From sequence record DRR378314_1653: a stretch of 64,000 nt of DNA. One strand, given 5' to 3'. Under the pieces are notes generated by a model. That model did not search any database and was not told where the DNA came from. It saw only the letters and a list, made by a program, of their open reading frames with translations. Shown in pieces: positions 1-9,655 of the stretch. How positions within the stretch are numbered: the first letter of the stretch is position 1; every line of letters starts with the position of its first letter. Made by a program: the position numbers and the translations under genes.

Positions 1-63
1 TGGTACTGGCACTTCGTCGATGTGGTCTGGCTTGGACTGTTCGTTTTTGTCTATGTGATCTGA
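1..63 (+). CDS. coxC: Cytochrome c oxidase subunit III, C-terminal end (partial)
   Basis: Frame 1 reads WYWHFVDVVWLGLFVFVYVI*, the conserved COX3 C-terminus; oxidase assembly genes follow. Confidence 0.93.
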   Translation, partial: WYWHFVDVVWLGLFVFVYVI

Positions 64-72
64 CCGCGCCTG

Positions 73-276
73 TCAGGGGGTCGGATTCAGGGTCAGGCCC
101 CCTTGCCAAAGCGAAATCAGGATAACGGCCAGCAGCAGTACGCTCAGGGCGACCCGCAATGCCAGGGAATTCAGAACACGGTTCGATTTCCCACCATCCC
201 GGATCAGGAAGAACAGCCCGCTGAACAGGCTTACCAGAACGGCCAGCATGAGTACCACAATGAGAATCTTCAGCAT
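73..276 (-). CDS. Twin transmembrane helix small protein (DUF2909-like)
   Basis: Two hydrophobic helices (MLKILIVVLMLAVLVSLFSGLFFL...SLALRVALSV); typical antisense position between cox3 and SURF1; ATG at 276 chosen as start. Confidence 0.8.
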   Translation of the reverse strand: MLKILIVVLMLAVLVSLFSGLFFLIRDGGKSNRVLNSLALRVALSVLLLAVILISLWQGGLTLNPTP

Positions 277-326
277 GAGAAATCCTGTAAACGGGAATGT
301 CGATCCTGAGCCCACTATAGCAGAGC

Positions 327-1067
327 ATGTCTGATCCGACCGCGCCTTCGCGGCGCCAATGGCATTTTGACTGGCGCCTTTTGGCGTTCGCCGGTTTTTT
401 CCTCCCGGTGCTCGTGGGTCTGGGGCTCTGGCAACTGGACCGGGCCGGCGAAAAGGAGGCTCGGTTGGAGCAGTGGCAGCAACAGGCGGGCAATCTGGCC
501 TGGCCGGAGCAGCAGGCGTCAGGGCTCGAGGCGGGCCAGCCTGTCACACTGACGGGCCGTTACAGTGAGGTGTCGTGGCTCCTCGACAACCGTACACGTG
601 ATGGCGCTCCCGGCTACGAGATACTGACCGTATTTTTTCCGGACCGCGGCACCCCGGTGGTGGTAAATCGCGGCTGGGTTCAGGCTCCCCGACGCCGTGC
701 ACAATTACCGGAAGTGGGCCGACCGACAGGCGTGTTCCGCATTGAGGGGCGCCTGAGTGAGTTTCCCGAGCCTCCTGTGCTCAAGGCCGTGCCGTCCGAT
801 GCGGAGGGCTGGCCCCGGCGGACCCAGTCGCTGTCCCATACCGAGGCACTGGCGGTGCAGGACGACGTTGCTGGCCTGGTGCTCAGGCTCTCCGGGCCGG
901 AACAGCCGGGCGCCTACCGCGCTGACTGGGCTCCGGACCGGATGGGGCCACAAACCCACTACGGATATGCGTTGCAATGGTTTTCACTGGCCCTCGTGCT
1001 GGTTATATTGACGATCGTAGCGAGCTATCGCAGAACAGGAGCCAGTAATGACAATGACAACGGCTGA
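327..1067 (+). CDS. SURF1 family cytochrome oxidase biogenesis protein
   Basis: LGLWQLDR, VNRGWV and HYGYALQWF motifs. Confidence 0.92.
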   Translation: MSDPTAPSRRQWHFDWRLLAFAGFFLPVLVGLGLWQLDRAGEKEARLEQWQQQAGNLAWPEQQASGLEAGQPVTLTGRYSEVSWLLDNRTRDGAPGYEILTVFFPDRGTPVVVNRGWVQAPRRRAQLPEVGRPTGVFRIEGRLSEFPEPPVLKAVPSDAEGWPRRTQSLSHTEALAVQDDVAGLVLRLSGPEQPGAYRADWAPDRMGPQTHYGYALQWFSLALVLVILTIVASYRRTGASNDNDNG

Positions 1068-1698
1068 GCGAATGGACCAGAAAGAACCGGACGACAACGT
1101 TTCCCCAGAACAGGTGCGCCGCGGCCGACGAACCGCCCTGCTATTGTTTGCCATCGGTTTCGGTCCGATGGTCTTTGCCACCATCATGTACTACACCGGT
1201 TGGCTGAACCCTTCTGGCCACAGCAACAATGGTGAATTGATTCAACCACCTGCACCGCTGGCCCAGATGGAGCTCCAGGGGGCTAATGGCAACCCCCTCA
1301 CTGATCGCTTCGGCCCGGATGTGCCGGATGCCGAGTGGATGATGGTGGTGGTTTCCGGCACCTGCGCCGCTGAGTGTGAGGAACTCCTGTATCTCGCTCG
1401 TCAGGTCAATATTGCCCTGGGAAAGAACGCCAACCGTGTTCATCGTTCCGCCTGGCTGGGCACCGTCCCGTCGGATCTGTCCGCTCGCTGGAACGACGAG
1501 TATAGCTCCATGGAACGGCTGAACGTGGCGGAAGGAGCTACCCCGCAATGGCCGGCAGGCATCGACCCGGCCCATCAGCCGCGTATTCTGCTCGTGGACC
1601 CCTTTGGTAATGTAATCCTGCACTACGGAACCGAACACACCGGGAAAGACATGCTCAAGGATCTGAAGCATCTTCTGAAGCTGTCACAGATCGGCTGA
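1048..1698 (+). CDS. Membrane-anchored cytochrome oxidase-associated protein (thioredoxin-like, CxxxC)
   Basis: N-terminal TM helix, CAAEC, LVDPFGN and DLKHLLKLSQIG end; lies between SURF1 and ctaA. Confidence 0.75.
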   Translation: MTMTTAERMDQKEPDDNVSPEQVRRGRRTALLLFAIGFGPMVFATIMYYTGWLNPSGHSNNGELIQPPAPLAQMELQGANGNPLTDRFGPDVPDAEWMMVVVSGTCAAECEELLYLARQVNIALGKNANRVHRSAWLGTVPSDLSARWNDEYSSMERLNVAEGATPQWPAGIDPAHQPRILLVDPFGNVILHYGTEHTGKDMLKDLKHLLKLSQIG

Positions 1699-1722
1699 TC
1701 ACCACCACCGGGAGACGCATCG

Positions 1723-2820
1723 TTGAACAAGACTCAAATCAGCCCTTCCCGCCGCATGGCACGATGGTCACTGCTGGCGACACTGCTGGCGGTGGTCGTG
1801 ATTATGCTCGGCGCCTGGACGCGGCTGGTGGACGCCGGCCTCGGATGCCCGGACTGGCCTGGCTGTTACGGCTTCCTGACGGTTCCTCACGATGAGACGC
1901 GCATGGCCATCGCCAATGCCCGTTTTCCCGACACCCCGGTTGATGTCGAGAAGGGCTGGCCCGAAATGATCCATCGTTATGCAGCTGGTACCTTGGGGTT
2001 GGTGGTGTTCGGCCTGGCAGCGTATGGGGTTCGTCACCGTCGCGAAGGCGTGCCGTACCGTTTGCCGTTGTTTATCGCGGCGTTCATCCTTCTTCAGGGC
2101 GCGTTCGGCATGTGGACGGTGACCCTGAAGCTTTGGCCCCAGGTGGTTGCCCTGCACTTGCTGGGCGGCTTTACCACCTTGAGCCTGCTGGCCTTGCTAA
2201 CCTTACGACTGCGTGGTCAACCGTCGGCGGACGGTGCCGTGGACCGAGAAAATCAGGCGACGGAGCCGGGGCGTTTCCGGCCCTGGCTCTACGGTGGCCT
2301 GGCGCTGGTAATCCTACAGATTGCGCTGGGCGCCTGGACGGCGGCCAACTATGCAGCGGTGGCCTGTACCGACCTGCCCACCTGCCAGGGTGAGTGGTGG
2401 CCCGCTGATATGGACTTTCAGCATGGGTTTGACGTGACCCAGCACGTAGGGCCGAATTACCTGGGTGGCCAACTGACCGCCGACGGTCGCGTAGCCATAC
2501 ACGTCAGTCACCGGCTGGGGGCAATGATAGTGCTTGCGTACTTCACGGTATTTCTGGCATTACTGTGGCGTAGTACAAAGCGAACATCACTGGCGCGGCC
2601 CATACAGTTAGTGGCCGTGGTGCTGGCGGCCCAGATTGCCCTGGGCCTCGCCAACGTGGTTTTCCACATTCCACTGCCGGTGGCGGTGGCGCACAACGCG
2701 ATGGGGGCCGGGTTGCTGCTGGCGGTGATCAATCTGCTCTGGCGATTCCACCACCAGGCACTGCCGCAGACAGCAAACGCAGAACATACAACAACAAATG
2801 AGCGAGAGGTGACGGCATGA
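1723..2820 (+). CDS. ctaA: Heme A synthase (COX15/CtaA)
   Basis: GLGCPDWPGCYG and EMIHR motifs; multiple TM helices; start may be a few codons later. Confidence 0.93.
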   Translation: MNKTQISPSRRMARWSLLATLLAVVVIMLGAWTRLVDAGLGCPDWPGCYGFLTVPHDETRMAIANARFPDTPVDVEKGWPEMIHRYAAGTLGLVVFGLAAYGVRHRREGVPYRLPLFIAAFILLQGAFGMWTVTLKLWPQVVALHLLGGFTTLSLLALLTLRLRGQPSADGAVDRENQATEPGRFRPWLYGGLALVILQIALGAWTAANYAAVACTDLPTCQGEWWPADMDFQHGFDVTQHVGPNYLGGQLTADGRVAIHVSHRLGAMIVLAYFTVFLALLWRSTKRTSLARPIQLVAVVLAAQIALGLANVVFHIPLPVAVAHNAMGAGLLLAVINLLWRFHHQALPQTANAEHTTTNEREVTA

Positions 2821-3740
2821 GCGAGCACGCAAAGGCACTGCCGGCGCAGGTAACGAACCATGAGTCCGGTGCCGCCGGCATTTCCTGGCGGGATTTTCTG
2901 GAGCTGACCAAGCCAACCGTTGTGGCGATGATGATCCTCACCTCGGTCATTGGGATGCTGCTGGCCACGCCGGGAGTGCCGGGTTGGGAGGTTCTGCTCT
3001 ATGGCAACCTGGGCATTGCCCTGCTGGCGGGAGCCGCGGCCGTGGTCAACCACGTGGTGGACCAGAAGATCGATACCGTCATGGCGCGCACCCGCAAGCG
3101 GCCCGTTGCCACCGGGAAAATCTCACCGCTGGACGCGCTGGTGTTCGCCACCGTGCTGGCGGTGGCCGGCATGGTGATCCTGGTCTGGCAGGTAAACGCC
3201 CTCACCGCCTGGCTGACCCTGGCGTCGCTGGTGGGATACGCTGGCGTCTACACCTTGTTCCTGAAGCGGATGACACCCCAGAATATCGTGATTGGCGGGC
3301 TTGCCGGTGCCATGCCGCCGCTGCTTGGGTGGACCGCGGTCACCGGACAGGTTGAGGGACACGCGTTACTGCTGGTGCTGATTATCTTCGCCTGGACACC
3401 GCCGCACTTCTGGGCACTGGCGATCCATCGCAAGGAAGAATACGCCAAGGCTGGCATTCCCATGTTGCCGGTCACCCACGGCAACAAGTACACCGAGCTG
3501 CACATCCTGCTCTACACGCTTATGTTACTGGCGGTCAGCCTGCTGCCCTTTGTGACCGGCATGTCCGGCATCATTTATCTGGTGGGCGCCCTGGCGCTGG
3601 GTCTGCGTTTCCTGCAGTATGCCGTGCGACTGCTCAGAGGCGATGATCGCCGGGTGGCGCTCAACACCTTCAAATACTCCATCACCTACCTGATGGCCCT
3701 GTTTGTGGTGTTGCTCGTCGACCACTTTGTGTTTTTCTGA
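2817..3740 (+). CDS. cyoE: Protoheme IX farnesyltransferase (heme O synthase)
   Basis: IDTVMARTRKRP, NIVIGGLAGAMPPLLGW and WTPPHFWALA motifs. Confidence 0.96.
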   Translation: MSEHAKALPAQVTNHESGAAGISWRDFLELTKPTVVAMMILTSVIGMLLATPGVPGWEVLLYGNLGIALLAGAAAVVNHVVDQKIDTVMARTRKRPVATGKISPLDALVFATVLAVAGMVILVWQVNALTAWLTLASLVGYAGVYTLFLKRMTPQNIVIGGLAGAMPPLLGWTAVTGQVEGHALLLVLIIFAWTPPHFWALAIHRKEEYAKAGIPMLPVTHGNKYTELHILLYTLMLLAVSLLPFVTGMSGIIYLVGALALGLRFLQYAVRLLRGDDRRVALNTFKYSITYLMALFVVLLVDHFVFF

Positions 3741-3761
3741 TGACGATTTACCGGAGATTTC

Positions 3762-4430
3762 ATGGACCGTTCGATTCGCCTGACGCTGATGCTGTTGCTG
3801 TTGGTTGTCGTGTTGATCTTCGGGTTGGTCGTAGGGCGGCAGGTCTTGCTGGTTGGTAGTGAAGAGCCTTCACCCCCACCGGAACTCAGTGACATCAACG
3901 CCTATGTGTACGACCAGGGCCGTGAACTGGCGGAGTTCGAACTGATGAACGAACAGGGTGACACGGTCACCCGTGAAAGCCTGCGGGGAAAATGGACCTT
4001 TGCCTTCGTTGGCTATACCAATTGCCCTGATATTTGCCCCGCTGCGATGGCGACCTTGCGTAAAACCAACAAAATGCTGCCAGAGGAACTGCCACAGCCG
4101 GAGTTCCTGCTGATTTCCGCTGACCCGGAACACGACACACCCGATAAACTGCGGGACTACGTGGGCTTCTTTGGTGATAACTTCCACGGCCTGACCGGTG
4201 ACCTTGAGACGCTGAGGAAGCTGGCCAGGAGCATGAATGCGGTGTTTTCCCACCGGGAAGTGGATGGAGATCTGCTGGTAGACCACAGTGGGCACTTCAC
4301 CCTGATCAACCCGGAAGGCGAGATGGCCGCGGTGCTACAGCCTCCTCATAACCCCGAAGATCTGGTTGAGGCCTATCGCGAGATCTATGAGTGGGCCAAA
4401 GCCAACCATCCCCGGGCCTCCCAGTCGTGA
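3762..4430 (+). CDS. SCO1/SenC copper chaperone
   Basis: GYTNCPDICP and VDHSG motifs; N-terminal anchor. Confidence 0.93.
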   Translation: MDRSIRLTLMLLLLVVVLIFGLVVGRQVLLVGSEEPSPPPELSDINAYVYDQGRELAEFELMNEQGDTVTRESLRGKWTFAFVGYTNCPDICPAAMATLRKTNKMLPEELPQPEFLLISADPEHDTPDKLRDYVGFFGDNFHGLTGDLETLRKLARSMNAVFSHREVDGDLLVDHSGHFTLINPEGEMAAVLQPPHNPEDLVEAYREIYEWAKANHPRASQS

Positions 4431-4525
4431 CCAGTTGTGCGTACGGCCGCTTGTGTCATGAATCCGGCTGACTTCCGGCCCGCGCTGACTTAGACTGCCC
4501 ACCGGTTTTCTTCAGGGGTTCCGTC

Positions 4526-5737
4526 ATCCCACATACTCACCCGTCCTGTACGAAACCCGCGGATCTGTTTGCGGTCGTCGCAGCTGGGGCCATTCTATTA
4601 CTGGTGACACATGGCCTGGGTCGGTTTATCTACACCCCACTGTTGCCGTACCTGGTGGATGACGGCCAGATCACCGCCGGGCAGGGCGCTGCGGTTGCCA
4701 CCTGGAACTACCTTGGCTACCTGCTTGGCGCACTACTCGCCATCCGCTGGCACACCATTCAGCATATCCGCATGCTGTTGCCCGCTTCCCTGGTGGTTCA
4801 CGTACTGACCACCCTCGCCATGGCCCAGACCGACCACTATGCGGCCATGTCTGCCGCGCGCTTGCTCAATGGCATCGCCAACGGCATCGTCTTCGTCCAG
4901 GCCCCGGCCCTGATTCTGGAATGGCTGGTGCTGCGCAACCGCGCCACTCTCAGTGGCCATCTCTACATCGGTGTTGGCTTGGGTTTGCTGGTGTCCAGCG
5001 GCCTGGTGAGTTTCAGCGCCGACGTGCTTGAAGGCCCCGAACGCTGGTGGCCGGCGGTGGTTCTCTCCATTCCCCTGGCCTGGTGGGCGACCGCGCGGTT
5101 ACTCCGGCTGGATGTACCGGTGAGGGCGCCAAGCAATGGCGAAGCGAAAACTAACAAGTCGCCTCTGTTCGATCGCGCGAGTGTGCCCCTGTTTCTTTCC
5201 TACGCTGGGGCCGGCCTGGGCTACATTCTGCCGATGACATTCCTGCCTTTGCTGGCCAAGGACCATCTACCGCCAGAACACTGGCTGCTGGACGGCGCCT
5301 GGTTCGTGGCGGCGGTGGCAACCATGCTTGCGCCATCGATCTGGAACTATCTGGGCGCTAAAATTGGCGATCTCCCGGCATTACGACTGAACTTCGTAGT
5401 GCAACTGGCCGGTGTCCTGGCGGCGGTGGTCCTACCCGGTGCCGTCGGCCTGGTGCTTTGTGCGGCTCTGGTTGGCGCTACCTTTGTGGGTACGGTCATG
5501 CTCACCCAGCGTATTGGCCGGGCCTTACACCCGCACCAGGGGCCGAGACTGTCGGCGGCCATGGTGTCGGTCTACGGCTTCACCCAGATGGCCGGCCCCT
5601 GGCTCACCAAGCAGTGGCTGGAAGCCGGTGGCACGCTGACCACGGCTTTTGGTATCGGGGTGGCGGCGCTGGCTTTTGGTGTTGTGTTTGCGTTTTTTGT
5701 GCCTTTGCCTGGGGAGTTTCGGTCTGCGCAGGACTGA
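4526..5737 (+). CDS. YbfB/YjiJ-family MFS transporter (start uncertain: ATC 4526 or GTG 4604)
   Basis: HGLGRFIYTPLLP and NYLGYLLGA motifs; the frame stays open upstream of 4604 and encodes the first TM helix. Confidence 0.85.
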   Translation: MPHTHPSCTKPADLFAVVAAGAILLLVTHGLGRFIYTPLLPYLVDDGQITAGQGAAVATWNYLGYLLGALLAIRWHTIQHIRMLLPASLVVHVLTTLAMAQTDHYAAMSAARLLNGIANGIVFVQAPALILEWLVLRNRATLSGHLYIGVGLGLLVSSGLVSFSADVLEGPERWWPAVVLSIPLAWWATARLLRLDVPVRAPSNGEAKTNKSPLFDRASVPLFLSYAGAGLGYILPMTFLPLLAKDHLPPEHWLLDGAWFVAAVATMLAPSIWNYLGAKIGDLPALRLNFVVQLAGVLAAVVLPGAVGLVLCAALVGATFVGTVMLTQRIGRALHPHQGPRLSAAMVSVYGFTQMAGPWLTKQWLEAGGTLTTAFGIGVAALAFGVVFAFFVPLPGEFRSAQD

Positions 5738-5749
5738 TGGCTTTGGGGC

Positions 5750-5844
5750 GGGAGCGGGGTGGTGGCATTATTTTCCTTGGGAATGGAACTCGCTTCGCTC
5801 AGACACCCATTCCTGGCGGAAAATAATGCCACCACCCCACTCTC
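5750..5844 (+). repeat. Long hairpin repeat, copy 1 (loop AACTCGCTTCGCTCAGACAC at 5787-5806)
   Basis: GGGGTGGTGGCATTATTTTCC...GGAAAATAATGCCACCACCCC perfect 21-bp arms plus inner GGAATGG/CCATTCC stem. Confidence 0.9.
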
Positions 5845-5951
5845 ATGTAACTCGCAGTTGTCGTGTCTGGTGAGACGGGCAAGTGCAGCGCAATTCGTGC
5901 AACACAGAGTCAGCCCATAGTACGATTTAGCGAATTGCCGGAGTTACCTAT

Positions 5952-6043
5952 GGGTGTGGGGGTATTTTATTTTTCAATAAAGAAAATGGTGTCTGAGCGA
6001 AGCGAGTTCATTTTCATTTGAAAAATAAAATACCCCCATGCCC
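5952..6043 (-). repeat. Long hairpin repeat, copy 2 (inverted loop)
   Basis: GGGTGTGGGGGTATTTTATTTTTCAA...TTGAAAAATAAAATACCCCCATGCCC around GTGTCTGAGCGAAGCGAGTT. Confidence 0.9.
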
Positions 6044-6085
6044 CTCCCCCAACCCGCCCAGTCCTAAAAAAAGCAAAACCAAACA

Positions 6086-8563
6086 ATGCTCCCAATCAAC
6101 AAAACCATCCCGGACCTACTGACCACCCTGGAGTCCGAAACAACCGTCCTGCTACAGGCCCCACCCGGCGCCGGTAAAACCACCCGAGTGCCACTGGCCC
6201 TGCTGGATACCCCATGGCGGGAAGGCCGGAAGATTCTGATGCTGGAGCCCAGGCGGTTGGCGGCCAGGTCGGCGGCAAGGTACATGGCCGGGCAGATGGG
6301 GGAAAAACCGGGCCAAACCGTTGGTTATCGCACACGGCTTGATACGCAGGTGACGTCAGCCACCGTGATAGAAGTGGTCACCGAAGGCATTCTCACGCGG
6401 CTGATCCAGAACGATCCAGCGCTGGAAGACTACGCAGCCGTGATTTTCGACGAATTTCACGAACGATCGCTGCAAGCCGATCTTGGCCTGGCCCTGGTGC
6501 GGGAGTCCCGCCAGGCATTGCGTGAGGATTTGCGGGTGATCGTCATGTCCGCAACGCTGGATACCGCCCCCATTGCCGGATTGCTTGGGGACGTACCGGT
6601 TTTGACCAGTGAAGGGCGAGCGTTTCCAGTCGAGGTGGCCTATCGGCCGATTCCCCGTAATGGCCGTATGGTGGATCAGGTGGTGGCGGTGATTCACGAA
6701 GCGCTGACGGAACAGCCGGGATCTTTGTTGGTGTTCCTTCCGGGCGCGGGTGAGATACGGCTGGCGGAAAGGCTGCTTCAGGGGCAGGTCGATGACAACG
6801 TCAGTGTGGCGCCGCTGTATGGCAACCTGAAGAATGACCAGCAGGACCGGGCCATAACCCCTGCGCCTGAAGGCCAGCGCAAGGTGGTTTTGGCCACCGC
6901 GATTGCCGAATCCAGTTTGACCATTGAAGGTGTGCGAGTTGTTATCGACAGCGGTCAGCAGCGCCGGGCGGTATTCGATGCCAATAGTGGTATGACCCGA
7001 TTGATAACCGGTTGGGTATCCAAAGCCTCGGCGGAGCAGCGCAAGGGGCGCGCCGGCAGGGTTGAGCCGGGCGTCTGTTACCGGTTGTGGAGCGAATCCG
7101 CCCAGTTCGGACTGGCTGAATTCACCTCGCCGGAAATACAGGAAGCGGACCTAGCGCCGCTGGTGCTGGAACTGGCCCAGTGGGGCGCACGGTCTCCAGG
7201 GCAACTGGACTGGATTGACGAACCGCCGGCCGCGCATTGGCGCCAGGCTGTTGAGCTGCTGCAATGGTTGGATGTGCTGGATGCCGAAGGCGCCATCACC
7301 GACCATGGCAAGGCGGCCCGGGACATGGGCGTCCATCCGCGGCTGGCGCACATGATTCTTCGCGGGCGTGCCCTCGGCTTTGGGTATCTTGCAGCGGAGC
7401 TTGCTGCCCTTCTGGAAGAGCGGGATCTTGCAGGTCGATCAGCAGGGGCGGATATGCAGGAGCGGGTTCGGATACTTCGGAGCCCGGGCGCTCGCCCGGG
7501 TGTGGATGCCGCCAGGGTTAAGTCGATAGCCAAGTCGGTGTCCCGCTTGGCGGCTGGCCTGCAAAGGCCGCGTGAAATGCCCACCGACGATGAAGTTGGC
7601 CGCCTGCTGGCGCTGGCTTATCCGGACCGGGTGGCACGAAAGCGGCGAGGTGAGGCTCCCCGATACCAATTGAGTAACGGGCGTGGTGCCGCCCTTCGAG
7701 ACGACGATCCACTGGCACGCCATCAATGGCTGGCCACCGCTGAACTGTACGGCAAGGCCAGGGAGGCGACGATTTACCTGGCGGCACCCGTTGACCCCGC
7801 AGTGTTGGAACAGGACCTGGCGAGTCACGTTCTTGAATGGGATGAAGCCGCCTGGGATGACGCTCGGGGCACCGTGGTGGCGCGCCGGGTCAGAAAGCTG
7901 GGACAGTTGATCCTTGAAGAAACCGCATTGCCAGCCCCCTCTCCGGAACTGGTGCAACAGGGCCTGCTCGCGGCAGTGCGTAAGAAAGGACTTGAAAGCT
8001 TACCCTGGACACCGGCGGCGAACCAATGGCTGGCCCGGGTCACCTTGCTGGCAAAGTGCTTTCCCGGTGAATGGCCAACGGTCAGCGATGGCTGGTTGAT
8101 AGACAACCTGGAAACCTGGGTTGGCCCGTTCCTGGCAGGGATGACCCGCTGGCGCGAGCTCGAGAAGCTCAATCTCGTCCAGGCCATGTCCAGCCTTTTG
8201 AATTATCAGCAGCAACAAGCGTTGGAAGAGCTGGCACCAACCCGCCTGACCATTCCCACCGGCCAAGCCGTGGCACTGGATTACACCGCCGACAATGGCC
8301 CGGTACTGGCGGCCAAACTCCAGGCCCTGTTCGGCTGGACTGAAACTCCGACAGTGGCAGGTGGAAAGGTGCCCGTGGTCATCCACCTGCTGTCTCCCGC
8401 CCAACGCCCGCTGGCGGTTACGGCAGACCTCACCAGCTTCTGGCGGAACGCCTACCCGGAGGTCCGCAAGGACATGCGCGGTCGGTATCCCAAGCACCCC
8501 TGGCCAGAGGATCCCTTGACGGCTGACGCCAGTCAGGGGACGAAGAAGCGTCCTGTTCGGTAA
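6086..8563 (+). CDS. hrpB: ATP-dependent RNA helicase HrpB
   Basis: APPGAGKTT, DEFHERS, MSAT and QRKGRAGR motifs; C-terminal RGRYPKHPWPEDP. Confidence 0.96.
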   Translation: MLPINKTIPDLLTTLESETTVLLQAPPGAGKTTRVPLALLDTPWREGRKILMLEPRRLAARSAARYMAGQMGEKPGQTVGYRTRLDTQVTSATVIEVVTEGILTRLIQNDPALEDYAAVIFDEFHERSLQADLGLALVRESRQALREDLRVIVMSATLDTAPIAGLLGDVPVLTSEGRAFPVEVAYRPIPRNGRMVDQVVAVIHEALTEQPGSLLVFLPGAGEIRLAERLLQGQVDDNVSVAPLYGNLKNDQQDRAITPAPEGQRKVVLATAIAESSLTIEGVRVVIDSGQQRRAVFDANSGMTRLITGWVSKASAEQRKGRAGRVEPGVCYRLWSESAQFGLAEFTSPEIQEADLAPLVLELAQWGARSPGQLDWIDEPPAAHWRQAVELLQWLDVLDAEGAITDHGKAARDMGVHPRLAHMILRGRALGFGYLAAELAALLEERDLAGRSAGADMQERVRILRSPGARPGVDAARVKSIAKSVSRLAAGLQRPREMPTDDEVGRLLALAYPDRVARKRRGEAPRYQLSNGRGAALRDDDPLARHQWLATAELYGKAREATIYLAAPVDPAVLEQDLASHVLEWDEAAWDDARGTVVARRVRKLGQLILEETALPAPSPELVQQGLLAAVRKKGLESLPWTPAANQWLARVTLLAKCFPGEWPTVSDGWLIDNLETWVGPFLAGMTRWRELEKLNLVQAMSSLLNYQQQQALEELAPTRLTIPTGQAVALDYTADNGPVLAAKLQALFGWTETPTVAGGKVPVVIHLLSPAQRPLAVTADLTSFWRNAYPEVRKDMRGRYPKHPWPEDPLTADASQGTKKRPVR

Positions 8564-8577
8564 GTTTTGTTCTTTAC

Positions 8578-8753
8578 CTTTGGCTTTGGGTAGGACTGAG
8601 GCCTTTGTGGGGATCGGGGAGGTGGGGGTATTTTTCCTTGGGAATGGAACTCGCTGCGCTCAGACCCCCATTCCTGGCGGAAAAATACCCCCATACTCCT
8701 CCCCCAAAACGCCCAGTCCTACCAAAATCCCCCAGTCCTACCCAAAGCCAAAG
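8578..8753 (+). repeat. Long hairpin repeat, copy 3 (about 8623-8693) nested in a 21-bp perfect outer inverted repeat
   Basis: GGGGGTATTTTTCC...AACTCGCTGCGCTCAGAC...GGAAAAATACCCCC; outer arms CTTTGGCTTTGGGTAGGACTG (8578-8598) and CAGTCCTACCCAAAGCCAAAG (8733-8753). Confidence 0.9.
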
Positions 8754-8766
8754 CAAACAATAAACA

Positions 8767-8794
8767 TTGCACCCAACCCAAACCTGTATAAAAT
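8767..8794 (+). promoter_or_regulatory. Candidate sigma-70 promoter for the ATP-grasp gene
   Basis: TTGCAC-16 nt-TAAAAT about 30 nt upstream of ATG 8825. Confidence 0.4.
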
Positions 8795-8824
8795 GCGATC
8801 AACCTAACCACGCACCCAACCTAA

Positions 8825-9643
8825 ATGAAACTGGTCTCTTTCGACATCTTCCGCACCTTGGGCTTCCCGGACACCACAACCCTCAAACCCGAACAGTTCC
8901 TGGCCCACAAGGAATTGCTGAAAGACGCAGACTGGGTACTGTTCCCCGAATACTGGCAGCTGAATGCCCTCGTTCACGGGCTGAAATGCCGCGTTTTCCC
9001 CAGTATTGCCAGCTACCGCATCGGTCACGACAAGGTGGAAATGACCCGGGCTTTCCAGACTGTCGCGCCGGAGCACACCCCATGGACATTGATCGAAGCC
9101 AACGGTCCGGAGGAACAGCAGGCGGTGTGGAAGGCCATGGTCGTACCGTTTGTGGCCAAGCTGCCCAAGGCCAGTATGGGTGAGGGGGTGTGGCTGATCG
9201 AAAACAGGGACGACTGGCAGCGCTATTGCGAGCGGACCAGCGTTCTGTATGCCCAGGAATACCTGCCGATTGATCGCGATGTGCGGGTGGTGATTGTCGG
9301 GGATCGGGTAGTATCCGCCTATTGGCGAACTCAGGCGGATCAGGGGTTTTACAACAATGTATCGCAGGGTGGACGTATTGATCGGGGGCCGGTTCCCGCC
9401 GTGGTGACCGATCTGGCACTGCGCCTTGCGCGGGAACTGGAGGTGGACCACGCGGGCTTTGATATTGCCCTGGTGGAGGGTTACCCCTACGTGCTCGAGT
9501 TCAATCGGTTATTTGGGAATCAGGGGCTGGGTCAAGGCAGTGATCTGAAAACCGCGATTCTGGATTACCTCCAGAGCCGGGCCGAACCTGAAGACCCGGA
9601 TGGACCAACCGGGCCCGCGCCTTTGTGGCCAGTAGCGGTATGA
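8825..9643 (+). CDS. RimK-like ATP-grasp fold ligase
   Basis: VAKLPKASMGEGV, QEYLP, DVRVVIVG, NVSQGG, GFDI and VLEFN motifs. Confidence 0.85.
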   Translation: MKLVSFDIFRTLGFPDTTTLKPEQFLAHKELLKDADWVLFPEYWQLNALVHGLKCRVFPSIASYRIGHDKVEMTRAFQTVAPEHTPWTLIEANGPEEQQAVWKAMVVPFVAKLPKASMGEGVWLIENRDDWQRYCERTSVLYAQEYLPIDRDVRVVIVGDRVVSAYWRTQADQGFYNNVSQGGRIDRGPVPAVVTDLALRLARELEVDHAGFDIALVEGYPYVLEFNRLFGNQGLGQGSDLKTAILDYLQSRAEPEDPDGPTGPAPLWPVAV

Positions 9644-9655
9644 TGTAAGGGCCTT

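Noticed and set aside
5845-5950. GTAAC...GTTAC inverted repeat as an integron attC site
   Set aside because: Ends do not fit RYYYAAC/GTTRRRY, and there is no cassette ORF or integrase
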